A stretch of DNA of 62,968 nucleotides, filler included, from Octopus bimaculoides (taxonomy: Eukaryota), in the NCBI RefSeq assembly GCF_001194135.2. It is 4 parts of 4 records of this genome, joined end to end, with 100 filler letters (N's around TTAATTAATTAA, not from the genome) between each part and the next. Parts side by side here need not be neighbours in the genome. Positions count along the whole stretch, not along the records: positions 24,127 to 52,882 come from NC_068983.1; 3 more parts are not named here. One strand, written 5' to 3'. Within the stretch, counting starts at the first letter, position 1. Each line of letters starts with the position of its first letter. The position numbers were made by a program, and so were the translations under genes. The notes under the pieces are model-generated. The model did no database searches. It saw only the letters and a list, made by a program, of their open reading frames with translations, and was not told the DNA's origin. This document shows positions 26,979-38,937 of this stretch, one piece after another.

Positions 26979-29400
26979 GAGTTCAAATTCAGTTATCCGA
27001 ACCAGATGGATGTTGTTTGAAAAATTGATTGTTTGGACAACTGATCCAAAAATAAATCAAGGACGCCAAACCAAACGTAATCACAGACAGGAAACATCTG
27101 TACATGTACAAGGCTTTTACTTTATTCAATCGATTAAATATGTACAAACACTGGATATTATTGTAAATTTCATGATAAGTTGGTAATAAAGTCATGTTAC
27201 AAGTTAAATAATAATAATAATATGGAGCTGGAAATTCAAGAAACATTGCGTAATTGGAAAAATACATTTACGTATGTGCACAAGGAGTTCACAGGAAGAC
27301 GGTGAGTTCATGTAAATAAGGTCCACTTGGTTGGTGGGTAATCATTATTTTGTGGAAAACATATACAAATGTTGTTGCTTGAGGGGGGGGGGGGCTTGTC
27401 TCATTGCTTTTGCCATCGATAACATTTGACAAAAATTCATCAACTTAATGGCACCAACTTCATCTTTTGCTTCACATCACTCAATGAAAAGTTGCTGGCC
27501 ATTGATAACTTCATTAATGGGGATGACTAGAGTTGTTGGGATCTGATTTTCTTTATCAATCCTGAAGTTAGTACTTTGCCACTGCTCTTCCATGACTATG
27601 TTCACAATCTGATTGCTACTGAGTATCTCTGTTCCGATTTCATTGTCACAATTTACCCAATCATTGATTTCAATCTCAATGAAGTTTCCTAATCCCAGCT
27701 GATTAGCAGTTCTCAGTAATTTCAGTGGTTATTGCTCCATCTGGATGAGTGTCCTGTTCGTTGACATGGCTGCCAACACTCACACTATTATACCAATACC
27801 ATTTGACTGTGAATGATGTGATAATTTCAGGCAATCCTTTGTCTGCATTGTCTTCATTGGCGACTGCATGCAACACGTAACAGCAATAATACTTTTTCAT
27901 TGCTGCAATGATTCCCTTATCAAGTGGCTGAAGCTTTGAAATGTTCAGTGGTAAAAACAAACACTTGGTGATTCTAATTGACTGCTTTTTAAACTGTGTG
28001 TCCTCACATTGTCAACAAGCAGAAGGGCATGTTGTTCAAGTCCAATGCTCATTTAATGTGAGCAAACAGCAGACACACATTCTTAGAGAAACCAAGATGA
28101 AAAAAGTGGATATGTCATCCATGCTTTGTACTTCATGGGAAACGAATTTTTGCCTTAGTTCATGAAGCAACGTGACTTAGCATAATGCTCGATGCAAACA
28201 AATGGTAGTTTATGAGTTCCAGTGGTGTTGATATAAGGGAAAATTGTTATACGGTTCTTCTGCACCTCTTCATCAGTGGATGCAAGTGTTTTGTCTGACA
28301 ATTCACATTGAAACAATCCACTTTCATTGGCATTGCACAGTTGATCAAGTTCGTAATTTTCTTCACAGATGATGGATTGTAGTTTCTGTCTGAATTCCTC
28401 CACGATTGTCCATAGACTTCTGCTCTCCAAGAATGCCTTGGTGATCTTTGAAACATTATAGCCAACCAGATGATACGCTGTATATCAGACTCTTGTTGTG
28501 TATCACTAGTGTGGATTCATTGATGGAGTCCTGCAGCTATTTCCTGTAACATTGGACCTGACAAAGGCGTACCTTTTTCCTGTTGCTGTGAATCACCCCC
28601 CACAAAAAAACACAGCCTGGTCGAGTTGTTCATCTTTTACTGGTTTCATAGATTTTCTTTTATTGCATGGGAAGTGCCACTTTGGTTAATAAATTTATCA
28701 ATCACTGGTCTTGCTTTTTTCATGTCAGGTCAGACACTGTTACTTTTCTGATGTGGTCTCTGTGCCTTTTCACTATGATCCAGATGCTGTAAAACCTTAC
28801 TTTTCTGTTCAATTGTCAATGGTGTTTGCACAGATACAGTAATGGCAATAAACTCGATCACTTGTAACAGATATGTTGCCAGGACAAAATAGTAGAAGGA
28901 ATGAAGGAATTTTTTCCATGATTTTAAGGCTTTTAGCCTGTCAATCATTTTCCTGTTAAATTATTTTAACACTATTTAAAGCAACCAATTGAAATCAAAC
29001 TAGCACACTGACTAACACATGGATAATTTTGATAACTGTAAATAAAAGACAAGATCATGGTATAAATATCGATCAGCAATATGTCTTTGATGTGTGATTT
29101 TTACATGTTCTGTACATATTTATTTGTTAAAATCACTTTTATCAATATCAAATGCTGATCGCTGAGTTTAATTAGCAGCAGTCAACATACATTAATTTTT
29201 AATCATTCTAAAGGAAAAAAAAAACCGCTCAATATACATTCATTTTTAACTATTCTAAATGAAAGAGGCAATAGCCAGTGTTATTTCTGAATATCTATTT
29301 ACGCATAGTATCACTCATTAAATATTTGTGGGACCTGCAGATCTTGTTTGAATAAACTGAAATTCGGATAATTGATGTTTGGGTAACTGAGGTTTGACTG
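26979..29400 (-). mobile_element. Full-length decayed Tigger/pogo (CENP-B HTH plus DDE_1) DNA transposon, about 2.42 kb
   Basis: LTIEQKSKVLQHLD (HTH), SSGWL*CFKDHQGI, NANESGLF...KTLA...RITI....TGTHKLP, FLPLN.SKLQPLDKGII. Degenerate TIRs: ta|GAGTTCAAATTCAGTTATCCGAAC at 26979 and GTTTGGGTAACTGAGGTTTGACTG ending at 29400. Confidence 0.85.
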
Positions 29401-30234
29401 TGCATCTAAACAGAATAAGTTTAGAAATAAAAATAGATTACCTAAGAGTACCTTGTGATTCAGTCTAAATGCTGCTTCATTTACCTCTTGTAAATTTTTC
29501 CAAGTTTTAGACAAACACTTACTTGCATCCAGCCCATATCATAAAATTTTCAGGAGAACACGGTTAAACTGGCTTACTCTACTATGCCTAATATTGCTGA
29601 ATATATAACAAGATTTAACTATGGTAAATTAAGCCATAGAATTAACACTATAACTACCAATAATCAAATCAGTGAAGTTTTATAAGTGCACTATCACTGC
29701 ACTTGGTAAAGGACATGTTTATATCGGTGCGTTCTCTTCCTGATTCAAACTTCACTGGAATAATCACAAATCTCCATAAAAACAGAGTATAAAATTGCTT
29801 GGTCCATTGTATGTAATGTACAGTCATATAAAGGTGGTGGTGGTGGTATCTGAAGTGTTTTATATGAGTAGGATTAAATCGAATATTATTAATCACCGTG
29901 ATGAATTTATTATAAGATGCCAACATCTTAAGAACAAATTGATCATATTCTGACATTCTACTATTATGTAAAACTACCTAGATATTAAGTATTTCAGTCT
30001 CTCGTATGCACTAACTATTCTTTTTAAGTATAACTGAAGTTATTACTTTTTGATAATTGCATTGGTCCTGTAATTCTACACCTCTGAACTTCCTTACTTC
30101 CACTCCTTATTGCTTTAATCTTAATTATTATTTATTATATGCGATTTATTCAAATTTTCTTTTAATAATCCCTTTGGTAGATTCATTCAAATAAATTAAT
30201 TTACTCTTTATCCTCAAGGATTGGTTATATGTTT

Positions 30235-30268
<34 letters not shown>

Positions 30269-30665
30269 GGCCTCATCATTTTAATATCCACTTTCCCATG
30301 CTAGTATGGGTTGGATGTAGTTTATTGTGCCAGATTTTCTACAGCCAGATGTCCTTCCTGTTGCCCACCCTTACCCATTTCCAAGCAAGATAATATTTCT
30401 CCATGAGCAGACATGTTTTCACAGAATATTGTGAGTGAGTGACTTTCATTTGCAACAATCACACAATGTCACGAGAAGAAGATACAAATACACATACATT
30501 TCTATTATGAGCTTCCTTCTGTTTCTGTCTACCAAATACACTCACAAGGCTTTGCTTGGGATGAGGCAATAGTTGAAGACACTTGCCCAAAGTGCCACAT
30601 AGTGAGACTAAACCCGAAACCAAGTGGTTGGGAAGCAAACATCTTAGCCACACACCACACTTGTG

Positions 30666-30703
<38 letters not shown>

Positions 30704-31732
30704 TATACACATACATACACATATACAGNNNNNNNNNNNNNNNNNNNNNNNNNNNNNNNNNNNNNNNNNNNNNNNNNNNNNNNNNNNNNNNNNNNNNNNN
30801 NNNNNNNNNNNNNNNNNNNNNNNNNNNNNNNNNNNNNNNNNNNNNNNNNNNNNNNNNNNNNNNNNNNNNNNNNNNNNNNNNNNNNNNNNNNNNNNNNNNN
30901 NNNNNNNNNNNNNNNNNNNNNNNNNNNNNNNNNNNNNNNNNNNNNNNNNNNNNNNNNNNNNNNNNNNNNNNNNNNNNNNNNNNNNNNNNNNNNNNNNNNN
31001 NNNNNNNNNNNNNNNNNNNNNNNNNNNNNNNNNNNNNNNNNNNNNNNNNNNNNNNNNNNNNNNNNNNNNNNNNNNNNNNNNNNNNNNNNNNNNNNNNNNN
31101 NNNNNNNNNNNNNNNNNNNNNNNNNNNNNNNNNNNNNNNNNNNNNNNNNNNNNNNNNNNNNNNNNNNNNNNNNNNNNNNNNNNNNNNNNNNNNNNNNNNN
31201 NNNNNNNNNNNNNNNNNNNNNNNNNNNNNNNNNNNNNNNNNNNNNNNNNNNNNNNNNNNNNNNNNNNNNNNNNNNNNNNNNNNNNNNNNNNNNNNNNNNN
31301 NNNNNNNNNNNNNNNNNNNNNNNNNNNNNNNNNNNNNNNNNNNNNNNNNNNNNNNNNNNNNNNNNNNNNNNNNNNNNNNNNNNNNNNNNNNNNNNNNNNN
31401 NNNNNNNNNNNNNNNNNNNNNNNNNNNNNNNNNNNNNNNNNNNNNNNNNNNNNNNNNNNNNNNNNNNNNCTATATATTTTATATATACTTTATCTATAAG
31501 GCTCAATTTAATTTTAATTTTTTATAAATTGATTTTAATTGAGTTTTTTTACCTGTAATTTTGAATTTTGTCCCTAATATTATTATTATTATATATATAT
31601 ATATATATATAGATATGCAGGGCAGGGAATCATCAATTAGTAATAAAATTAATAATTAACAATTCTGCCGGGTAGCTCAGTATGAAAAAAACCTTCTTCG
31701 GTAAAAAATTTATAATCATAAATATATTTATG

Positions 31733-31772
<40 letters not shown>

Positions 31773-32419
31773 TATACACATACATACACATATACAGGAA
31801 TACCCTGTATTATGACTATCTTTGGTCACAGAATTGTATAGTACGACCACTAATTTCGATATACTGTCTGTAATATCACTGTTATGGAGACTTGGATAAA
31901 TTTTAAGAATATATAAAGTTCATTCTCATCTTAAGATGCTTCTTGGTGTTTTTTAGCTAACATCAATTGAATTAACAATTTGTAAAACTATAATCACCTG
32001 ACCCCTACAAACATATAGTCACATTCAGTGGGCTACATGTTTGGTGAGGTAGTTGTGGTTTAGCTCTGAATGAGAAGACTTATGATCAAAGACATTCCTG
32101 TCGTGACCAAACCATTGAAACACAAAGTGCTCCTCACAATTGCAGGTTCATGAGACGGCTGTGATCTGTAAACAGTTCTGAGTAGGAATCAGAAAGAGAA
32201 GTATGAACACGCAATGCATATGTGCACACTGAATTTGTAAAATGGAAGAGTAAGACTTAAAACATAATGTGCATGTCAAAATAAAATGGAAGCAAAGAAT
32301 AAAACAAATTATATGATGGTCTGCATGCTACATCTGACACCACTATCATGTAGCTTTGCAGCAATTTTCTTGTTTTCTGTATATCCAGGACTACATTCTT
32401 TAATCTGTGTCTTTTTTTC

Positions 32420-32603
32420 AATGCACCCACTACACTCTCGGAGTGGTTGGTGTTAGGAAGGGCATCCAGCTGTAGAAACTCTGCCAAATCAGACTGGAAC
32501 CTGGTGTAGCCATCTGGTTTCACCAGTCCTCAGTCAAATCGTCCAACCCATGCTAGCATGGAAAGCGGACGTTAAACTATGATGATGATGATGATGATGA
32601 TGA
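32420..32603 (+). mobile_element. Same RTE-like 3' UTR family copy
   Basis: Same block and (GAT)n tail. Confidence 0.8.
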
Positions 32604-33119
32604 TGGGGTGTGATTTGGCTGGTATTTCTGCAAGTCAGTCAACTGCATAAAGGCTCTATTCTTGGTGAATAGAATTGCAAAGAGTAACAGGTTATATTAG
32701 GGGAGTTATACATGTGTAATAACATTGGAGTTACCAAAATACAAGCACAGGCAGTGACATAAAACTCATTTAGTGCATTGCATTACGTATAACTTAATAC
32801 ACGATGTCATATACCTTGACCAATTTCTTAACTTGAGCCACTTAAGTATGACAACCTTTTAAGAAACCTCTATATAGCAGCTTAATCTGTCAGAAATATT
32901 TGTCAGATCTTTTCTGAAATCATGCCTATTGTATTTTAAATAAGAATGGTAGGTCACACCAATTAATGTAGTCTTATATATGCAACGAATGAAAAAAACG
33001 AGGATGGATGGTCATAGATTGAATGCTTTACATCATAGGGCTACATGATCAGGCTGACTTGATAACCTCCTCCCCCCACACGACACACACATAAGTACCT
33101 ATTTTTATGCTTAGGTACA

Positions 33120-33505
33120 AACGTGGCTGTGTGGTAAGAAGTTTGCCTCTCAACCACATGGTTCCAGGTTCAGTCTCACTGTGTGGCACCTTGGGTGTCT
33201 TCTATTATAACCCCGGACTGACCAAAGCCTAGTGAGTGGATTTGGTAGATGGAAACTGAAAGAAGCCCGTCGTATATATATGTATGTCTTTGTGTCAATG
33301 TTTGTCCACACCACCACTTGATAACTGGTGTTGGTGTGTTTACGTCCCACAACTTAGCGGCTCGGCAACAGTGATCGATAGAATAAGTACAGATTAAAAA
33401 AAAGAAAGAAAGAAGTACTGGGGTCGATCTATTCGACTAAAGATTCTTCAAGGCGGTGCTCCAGCATGACCACAGTCTAATGACTGAAACAAGTAAAAGA
33501 TAAAA
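33120..33505 (+). mobile_element. Family B SINE
   Basis: Same blocks as 55850-56260. Confidence 0.85.
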
Positions 33506-34833
33506 GGTAAAAAAATGTAGCAAATAAGTAATGATTTTTAATATAGAGAGAAGGCCTAAAAATCTCGATCCAGCTATTTTCATTAGCTCTACGCCAATCA
33601 ACAGCTGGTACTTACTTTGTAGATCTGGTTTGACTGTAAGATTGAAAAGTAAAGTCAACCTCAGTAGAATTTGAACGGATAATGTAAAGGGACATCACTC
33701 AAAATCGCAAAGATGACGGCAACAGTCTCAGTAACCAAATTATATACCTTTTAATAGAAATTTTCCATTAAAAAAAACAAAAAGTGCTTCTGCATGTTGT
33801 TGTTAGACGTCCGTCTTAGAAATGTCTAAGAGTTATTTCAATAAGTCATTTGTTCTAGTTTTCTTATAAATATTAAAATAAGAGGAGGATGTAGGTGACT
33901 TAAACTTTAGTATTTGTTGATATGCAATAATTTTAAGCGTCGTTTTTGTAGTTTAGTTCTCGGTAAGGCATTTCAGCATTAACCATTCACCATCATTCCG
34001 TTTTCTTCATTCGATACATAAGACTGAATTAGCCAGAATGTCCCTCCAGTTTTAAGGACGACAGAATGTAATTTGAGATTTGGCTGTTATTTCTAATAGG
34101 TCGAACAACTATCGAGGTTCTGAAGCTATAAGCAAAAAGCGTAAGAATAGGGTAAAAAACGGAAATGTAATTAAAAGAGAAAATGTTAGGTGTCAAAGGT
34201 AAGTGAGGTGTAAATCTTGGTAAGCTCCGAAACTGCAACCAAAGGAAACGTAAATGAAATAATGGCAGGCCTGAGGGTGAGTATAATCGAGTAAATCGAT
34301 CTCAATATATTAATATATTTTGGGTCGAATAATATTTACTAGGGTCGATAACTCTAAACATGGTTAGTTTTAAACCTCAGGTCATCCTATATATAATATG
34401 ATCAAAGATATTCCAGTCATGACCGTCATACCTTTTATAGAATAGTAAGTATACCTCGGACTGTTATCCTGTGCATTTTAATATTTCTTTTAAAAAAAAC
34501 CCAAAAGACTAATAAAGGTGTAATTTGGTACAGTTTCCTAAGCCAAGTAACTACGTACAGACTTGGTTGATTAGAAACATAAACAAAACGAACATGTTAG
34601 TTTGTAACAAAAAGGGTTAATTATTTCAAATACCACTACCATAAACTCAAGAAAATACAAAATACCAGAACAAAAGTACAACACATGAAAGTTATCATTT
34701 TTTTTTTAACAATATGTAATTTTAAGAAAAATAAATTTACTGTACGTTAAATATGCAATTAACAAGTTTGATCCAATATCTCAGTAACTCCACCGGGCTG
34801 TTTTGAGAGTTACATGCGGGATTGCTAGTCTTG

Positions 34834-34839
34834 TTTATT
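34834..34839 (-). promoter_or_regulatory. Candidate EAPP polyadenylation signal AATAAA
   Basis: tttatt on the + strand, about 250 nt past the stop codon. The background is AT-rich, so this is weak. Confidence 0.3.
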
Positions 34840-35084
34840 ATACAAGAAAAAATTGGTGAAATTAGTTACATGTATATATTTCTTGGTAATGTATTCTATA
34901 CACTTGAAGCACGATTAAATGTACATAACAGAAACATTATTGTTTGTTTCTTTATAAAAAATTTAAGACGTTCTGGGTTTGCATTCTATTCTGGGAGGTT
35001 TGTATTTTGAGTTTACTCAGCAATATGAATAATAGTCAATAAATAAAAGAAATAATACATACATACATAGAATAAAATAATTTA

Positions 35085-36095
35085 TCAGCCATAACTGCTT
35101 ATTACATTAAAAAAGTGATAGATTTCTTCTTTATCATAAACAGCAACTTGAGTTCTACATTCATTACAATAAACCGGATGATAAACTTCTTTCGTTTTTT
35201 CTGAAGATTGTTTCATTTTCTCCGAGTTTTTATTGGAATTTGGGTAAGTTAAATTTTCGGAATAATCCACAGAACAGTTCATAACAAACATAGCACGGTA
35301 CTGATTAGGGTATCGCTCGTGTCTTTGACAATCAACACAGATTGTTGTCATACATGCAGGACAGTCTAACAAGGCGTCGGAAGTTGGTCTCTTAGGTGTC
35401 TTGGAAGATTTGTGCTTTGTAGGTTTTTCGGTGCCATCGGCCAAATTAAACCGAACTGATTTCTTACCTGCGCCTGCTTTAGTCTTAGGCGTGAGTTTTG
35501 GTCTGTCGGTCTTTGTAGTTTTTGTTTTGGAACCTGGAGGTGGCATGAATTTGACAAACTTTTTGTGTGGGTTGCGCCTTCGTTCGTCCATCCATAATTG
35601 GTCTTTTGCATCCATTGTTGGATCATAGAAGAGTTCGTCGTTAGACATGACTCTGTGATGCTTTTTCTTTTTGCTTTTGTTTTCAGTGGAAGTATCTTCT
35701 TCATCGGAATCAAAATAAATATCGTTGTAGAACTTATTATTTTCACCGCCATCATTACCATCACCACTTGTAGAAGCGACTGACGTAGTGACGCTTGTGG
35801 TGGGTTCGCTTCCAGCTGCATGTAGGTGTCTTTGAGGTTCAGAAGAACTGAGGTTTCGCTTGAGTGATTCGAGGTTCTGTGAGAGCTCGTATTCCATTTC
35901 ATCTTCGAAATCGCTGCTGTCCTGTTCCAAAATGGATTTTGGTTTGACTTTGGAGAAAGTTGTTCTCTTACAGCGATTATCTGCTTGTCTCACAACAATA
36001 CTAATATCATCATCAGAACTTTCGGAAGAATTCCCTTCACTGTTATCATCGAAATCCAAATCAAGATAGTCTTCATCGTCTGTACAATTAAACAT
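35085..36095 (-). CDS. EAPP: E2F-associated phosphoprotein, single coding exon, 336 aa
   Basis: Uninterrupted ORF carrying EAPP family motifs: FEDEMEYEL, FYNDIYFDSD, NDELFYDP..D..DQLW, SDALLDCPACMTTICVDCQRHE.Y..QYRAMFVMNC, EVYHPVYCNECRTQVAVYDKEEIYHFFNV. Confidence 0.96.
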   Translation of the reverse strand: MFNCTDDEDYLDLDFDDNSEGNSSESSDDDISIVVRQADNRCKRTTFSKVKPKSILEQDSSDFEDEMEYELSQNLESLKRNLSSSEPQRHLHAAGSEPTTSVTTSVASTSGDGNDGGENNKFYNDIYFDSDEEDTSTENKSKKKKHHRVMSNDELFYDPTMDAKDQLWMDERRRNPHKKFVKFMPPPGSKTKTTKTDRPKLTPKTKAGAGKKSVRFNLADGTEKPTKHKSSKTPKRPTSDALLDCPACMTTICVDCQRHERYPNQYRAMFVMNCSVDYSENLTYPNSNKNSEKMKQSSEKTKEVYHPVYCNECRTQVAVYDKEEIYHFFNVISSYG

Positions 36096-36300
36096 AATGC
36101 AATCACTATAGAAATGTCCTCATAAACAATCTTGGACAAGTTTTTAGCGGAACATGAAAATAAATACAAAACGAGGCTGATTGGCCAAAGGGAGACAACT
36201 CTAATAGCTTTAAAACCGGTTATCATAATAAAATAGTTCACGCTAAATATTTATCCTAAATGTAGCCTGGGTTATGTGTGTGTGTGTGTGCGTGCACGCA

Positions 36301-36337
<37 letters not shown>

Positions 36338-36650
36338 TTTATTAAAAAGCAGCAAAAATATCACAAAAACTGTTACTCAGAGTTTCACGTTCCCGTTCGC
36401 TGGGCAGTTTTGTTTATTCGAGTACTATTTTTTCCACCCTGTTTCGCATTTATGTGCTTACTCTGGTGTTAAAACGGAGGTAGCTGATGAAGTAGAATGT
36501 TCTCTATGTGGCTTGTGTGTTTTCTCATCTCTGTTTTGTTTGCAATGTCCTGTACCCAAAGATGCACCTATACATACAGGCGGATGTCGGTATGCACATA
36601 CCTGTACGTATATATGCATATACTCATTTACTATTTCGGATCTTTTTTAA
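36096..36650 (-). promoter_or_regulatory. Probable EAPP promoter / 5' UTR region
   Basis: Non-repetitive, CpG-retaining sequence directly upstream of the EAPP ATG, with a (TG)n/(CA)n tract at about 36274-36336. TSS not determinable from sequence. Confidence 0.45.
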
Positions 36651-37281
36651 AACGGGGGCCACATTTTTCATTAACGAAACACTTTGAAACTTGGAACACT
36701 AGTAGAATGTGTCATATAAAACATCTTTTTCTCTTAGTCTTCTTNNNNNNNNNNNNNNNNNNNNNNNNNNNNNNNNNNNNNNNNNNNNNNNNNNNNNNNN
36801 NNNNNNNNNNNNNNNNNNNNNNNNNNNNNNNNNNNNNNNNNNNNNNNNNNNNNNNNNNNNNNNNNNNNNNNNNNNNNNNNNNNNNNNNNNNNNNNNNNNN
36901 NNNNNNNNNNNNNNNNNNNNNNNNNNNNNNNNNNNNNNNNNNNNNNNNNNNNNNNNNNNNNNNNNNNNNNNNNNNNNNNNNNNNNNNNNNNNNNNNNNNN
37001 NNNNNNNNNNNNNNNNNNNNNNNNNNNNNNNNNNNNNNNNNNNNNNNNNNNNNNNNNNNNNNNNNNNNNNNNNNNNNNNNNNNNNNNNNNNNNNNNNNNN
37101 NNNNNNNNNNNNNNNNNNNNNNNNNNNNNNNNNNNNNNNNNNNNNNNNNNNNNNNNNNNNNNNNNNNNNNNNNNNNNNNNNNNNNNNNNNNNNNNNNNNN
37201 NNNNNNNNNNNNNNNNNNNNNNNNNNNNNNNNNNNNNNNNNNNNNNNNNNNNNNNNNNATATATATATATATATATATATA

Positions 37282-38032
37282 CTAGCAGAGCCACCCGGCG
37301 TTGCCCGGGAATGAAATTGTTGCTTATTGGTACTTGGAAACTTTTACGATAATTAAAATGGGGCTTAAATGAAAAAAATTCACACAGCGAATATACCACG
37401 TTATTGTTTCACTGTTATATACACAGATATACATTGACGCATGTCAGTCGAAAAATGAAAGTAATACTTACTTTAACACTCAATGGTTTTACACTTTTGT
37501 ATATGGCATGTACATACTATTCATGTAAGTGCTTCTTCATATACTATGTTTCCTGTCTTGCCATGTTTATCACTGAGAATGTAGAGGTTATTTTCATCTC
37601 CAACTCTAGAACATCCAACATACAGCTGACCATGTGAGAAGCAAGGTTGAAGGAGGTTAAGTCCCACCACCTTTAAAGATTGACCTTGTGCTTTGTTGAT
37701 AGACATTGCAAAGGTAAGTTTGACTGGAAACTGCAGTCTCTTGAACTGAAAGATTAGATCATGTAAAATGAAAGGTATCCTTGGAATGAAGACATTCTCA
37801 CCCATCATGCTGCCTGTAATTATTGTTGCTTCCAACACATGGGGCATGGCTGTTTTAACAACCAACCTTGTTCTATTGCAGAGTCTGGGTGCATCAAGGT
37901 TTCTTAATAGCATTATGGGAGCACCTATTTTCACGATCAGAATGTGTGGTGGAAATCCTGGTGGCTGAAATGAATTGAGGAACTCCACTGGGTAATGCGT
38001 TGCCTGTTCTTGATCAGGGACAGAGTTAATTG
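37282..38032 (-). mobile_element. Helitron 3' portion: PIF1-like helicase C-terminus, terminal hairpin and CTAG end
   Basis: [26 protein letters not shown]...LCN.TRL...IPRI...[22 protein letters not shown]...[13 protein letters not shown]. Hairpin CCCGG-GCAACG-CCGGG (37294-37309), then CTAG (37282-37285) followed by T of a (TA)n run. Confidence 0.93.
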
Positions 38033-38902
38033 NNNNNNNNNNNNNNNNNNNNNNNNNNNNNNNNNNNNNNNNNNNNNNNNNNNNNNNNNNNNNNNNNNNN
38101 NNNNNNNNNNNNNNNNNNNNNNNNNNNNNNNNNNNNNNNNNNNNNNNNNNNNNNNNNNNNNNNNNNNNNNNNNNNNNNNNNNNNNNNNNNNNNNNNNNNN
38201 NNNNNNNNNNNNNNNNNNNNNNNNNNNNNNNNNNNNNNNNNNNNNNNNNNNNNNNNNNNNNNNNNNNNNNNNNNNNNNNNNNNNNNNNNNNNNNNNNNNN
38301 NNNNNNNNNNNNNNNNNNNNNNNNNNNNNNNNNNNNNNNNNNNNNNNNNNNNNNNNNNNNNNNNNNNNNNNNNNNNNNNNNNNNNNNNNNNNNNNNNNNN
38401 NNNNNNNNNNNNNNNNNNNNNNNNNNNNNNNNNNNNNNNNNNNNNNNNNNNNNNNNNNNNNNNNNNNNNNNNNNNNNNNNNNNNNNNNNNNNNNNNNNNN
38501 NNNNNNNNNNNNNNNNNNNNNNNNNNNNNNNNNNNNNNNNNNNNNNNNNNNNNNNNCGTACTTCTGTTAGTAAATTATGAAATTACTTACATCAGTAAAT
38601 GTGAGTAAACTTTTAGTGCGAACAGTAACGATTGAAGTTAAAGTGAAGAAAAAACTATGGCTACCAGAAGTTGACATTGAGGAACCTTTTTAAAGAAGTG
38701 AATCTTAAATATAAAGCAATATTATTTATCTTAATAAAAAAAATCAAATGAAGAGCCTAAGATTTATCCGAGGTCAAATTATTCCTGCATCACAAGTATG
38801 GAAGTAAATGGTGAAGCCATTTTCACGTGATAAGTGATTACACACACATCTCTGTTTTATATATAGTATAGATATAGATATATTATTTATTTCACACACA
38901 CA

Positions 38903-38935
<33 letters not shown>

Positions 38936-38937
<2 letters not shown>

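Noticed and set aside
26840-27028. PolyQ ORF (MHCSLTQQQQ...) as a MAGUK exon
   Set aside because: It is a CAA/CAG microsatellite running into the Tigger TIR, with no MAGUK similarity or convincing splice sites.
30583-31558. Long ORFs of X and YIYI/CVCV residues here and at the other gaps and microsatellites
   Set aside because: These are translations of N runs and dinucleotide repeats.
34697-34707. Poly(A) remnant of an EAPP retroposition event
   Set aside because: Only 11 A, about 130 nt from the nearest AATAAA, with no TSD found; common in this AT-rich background.
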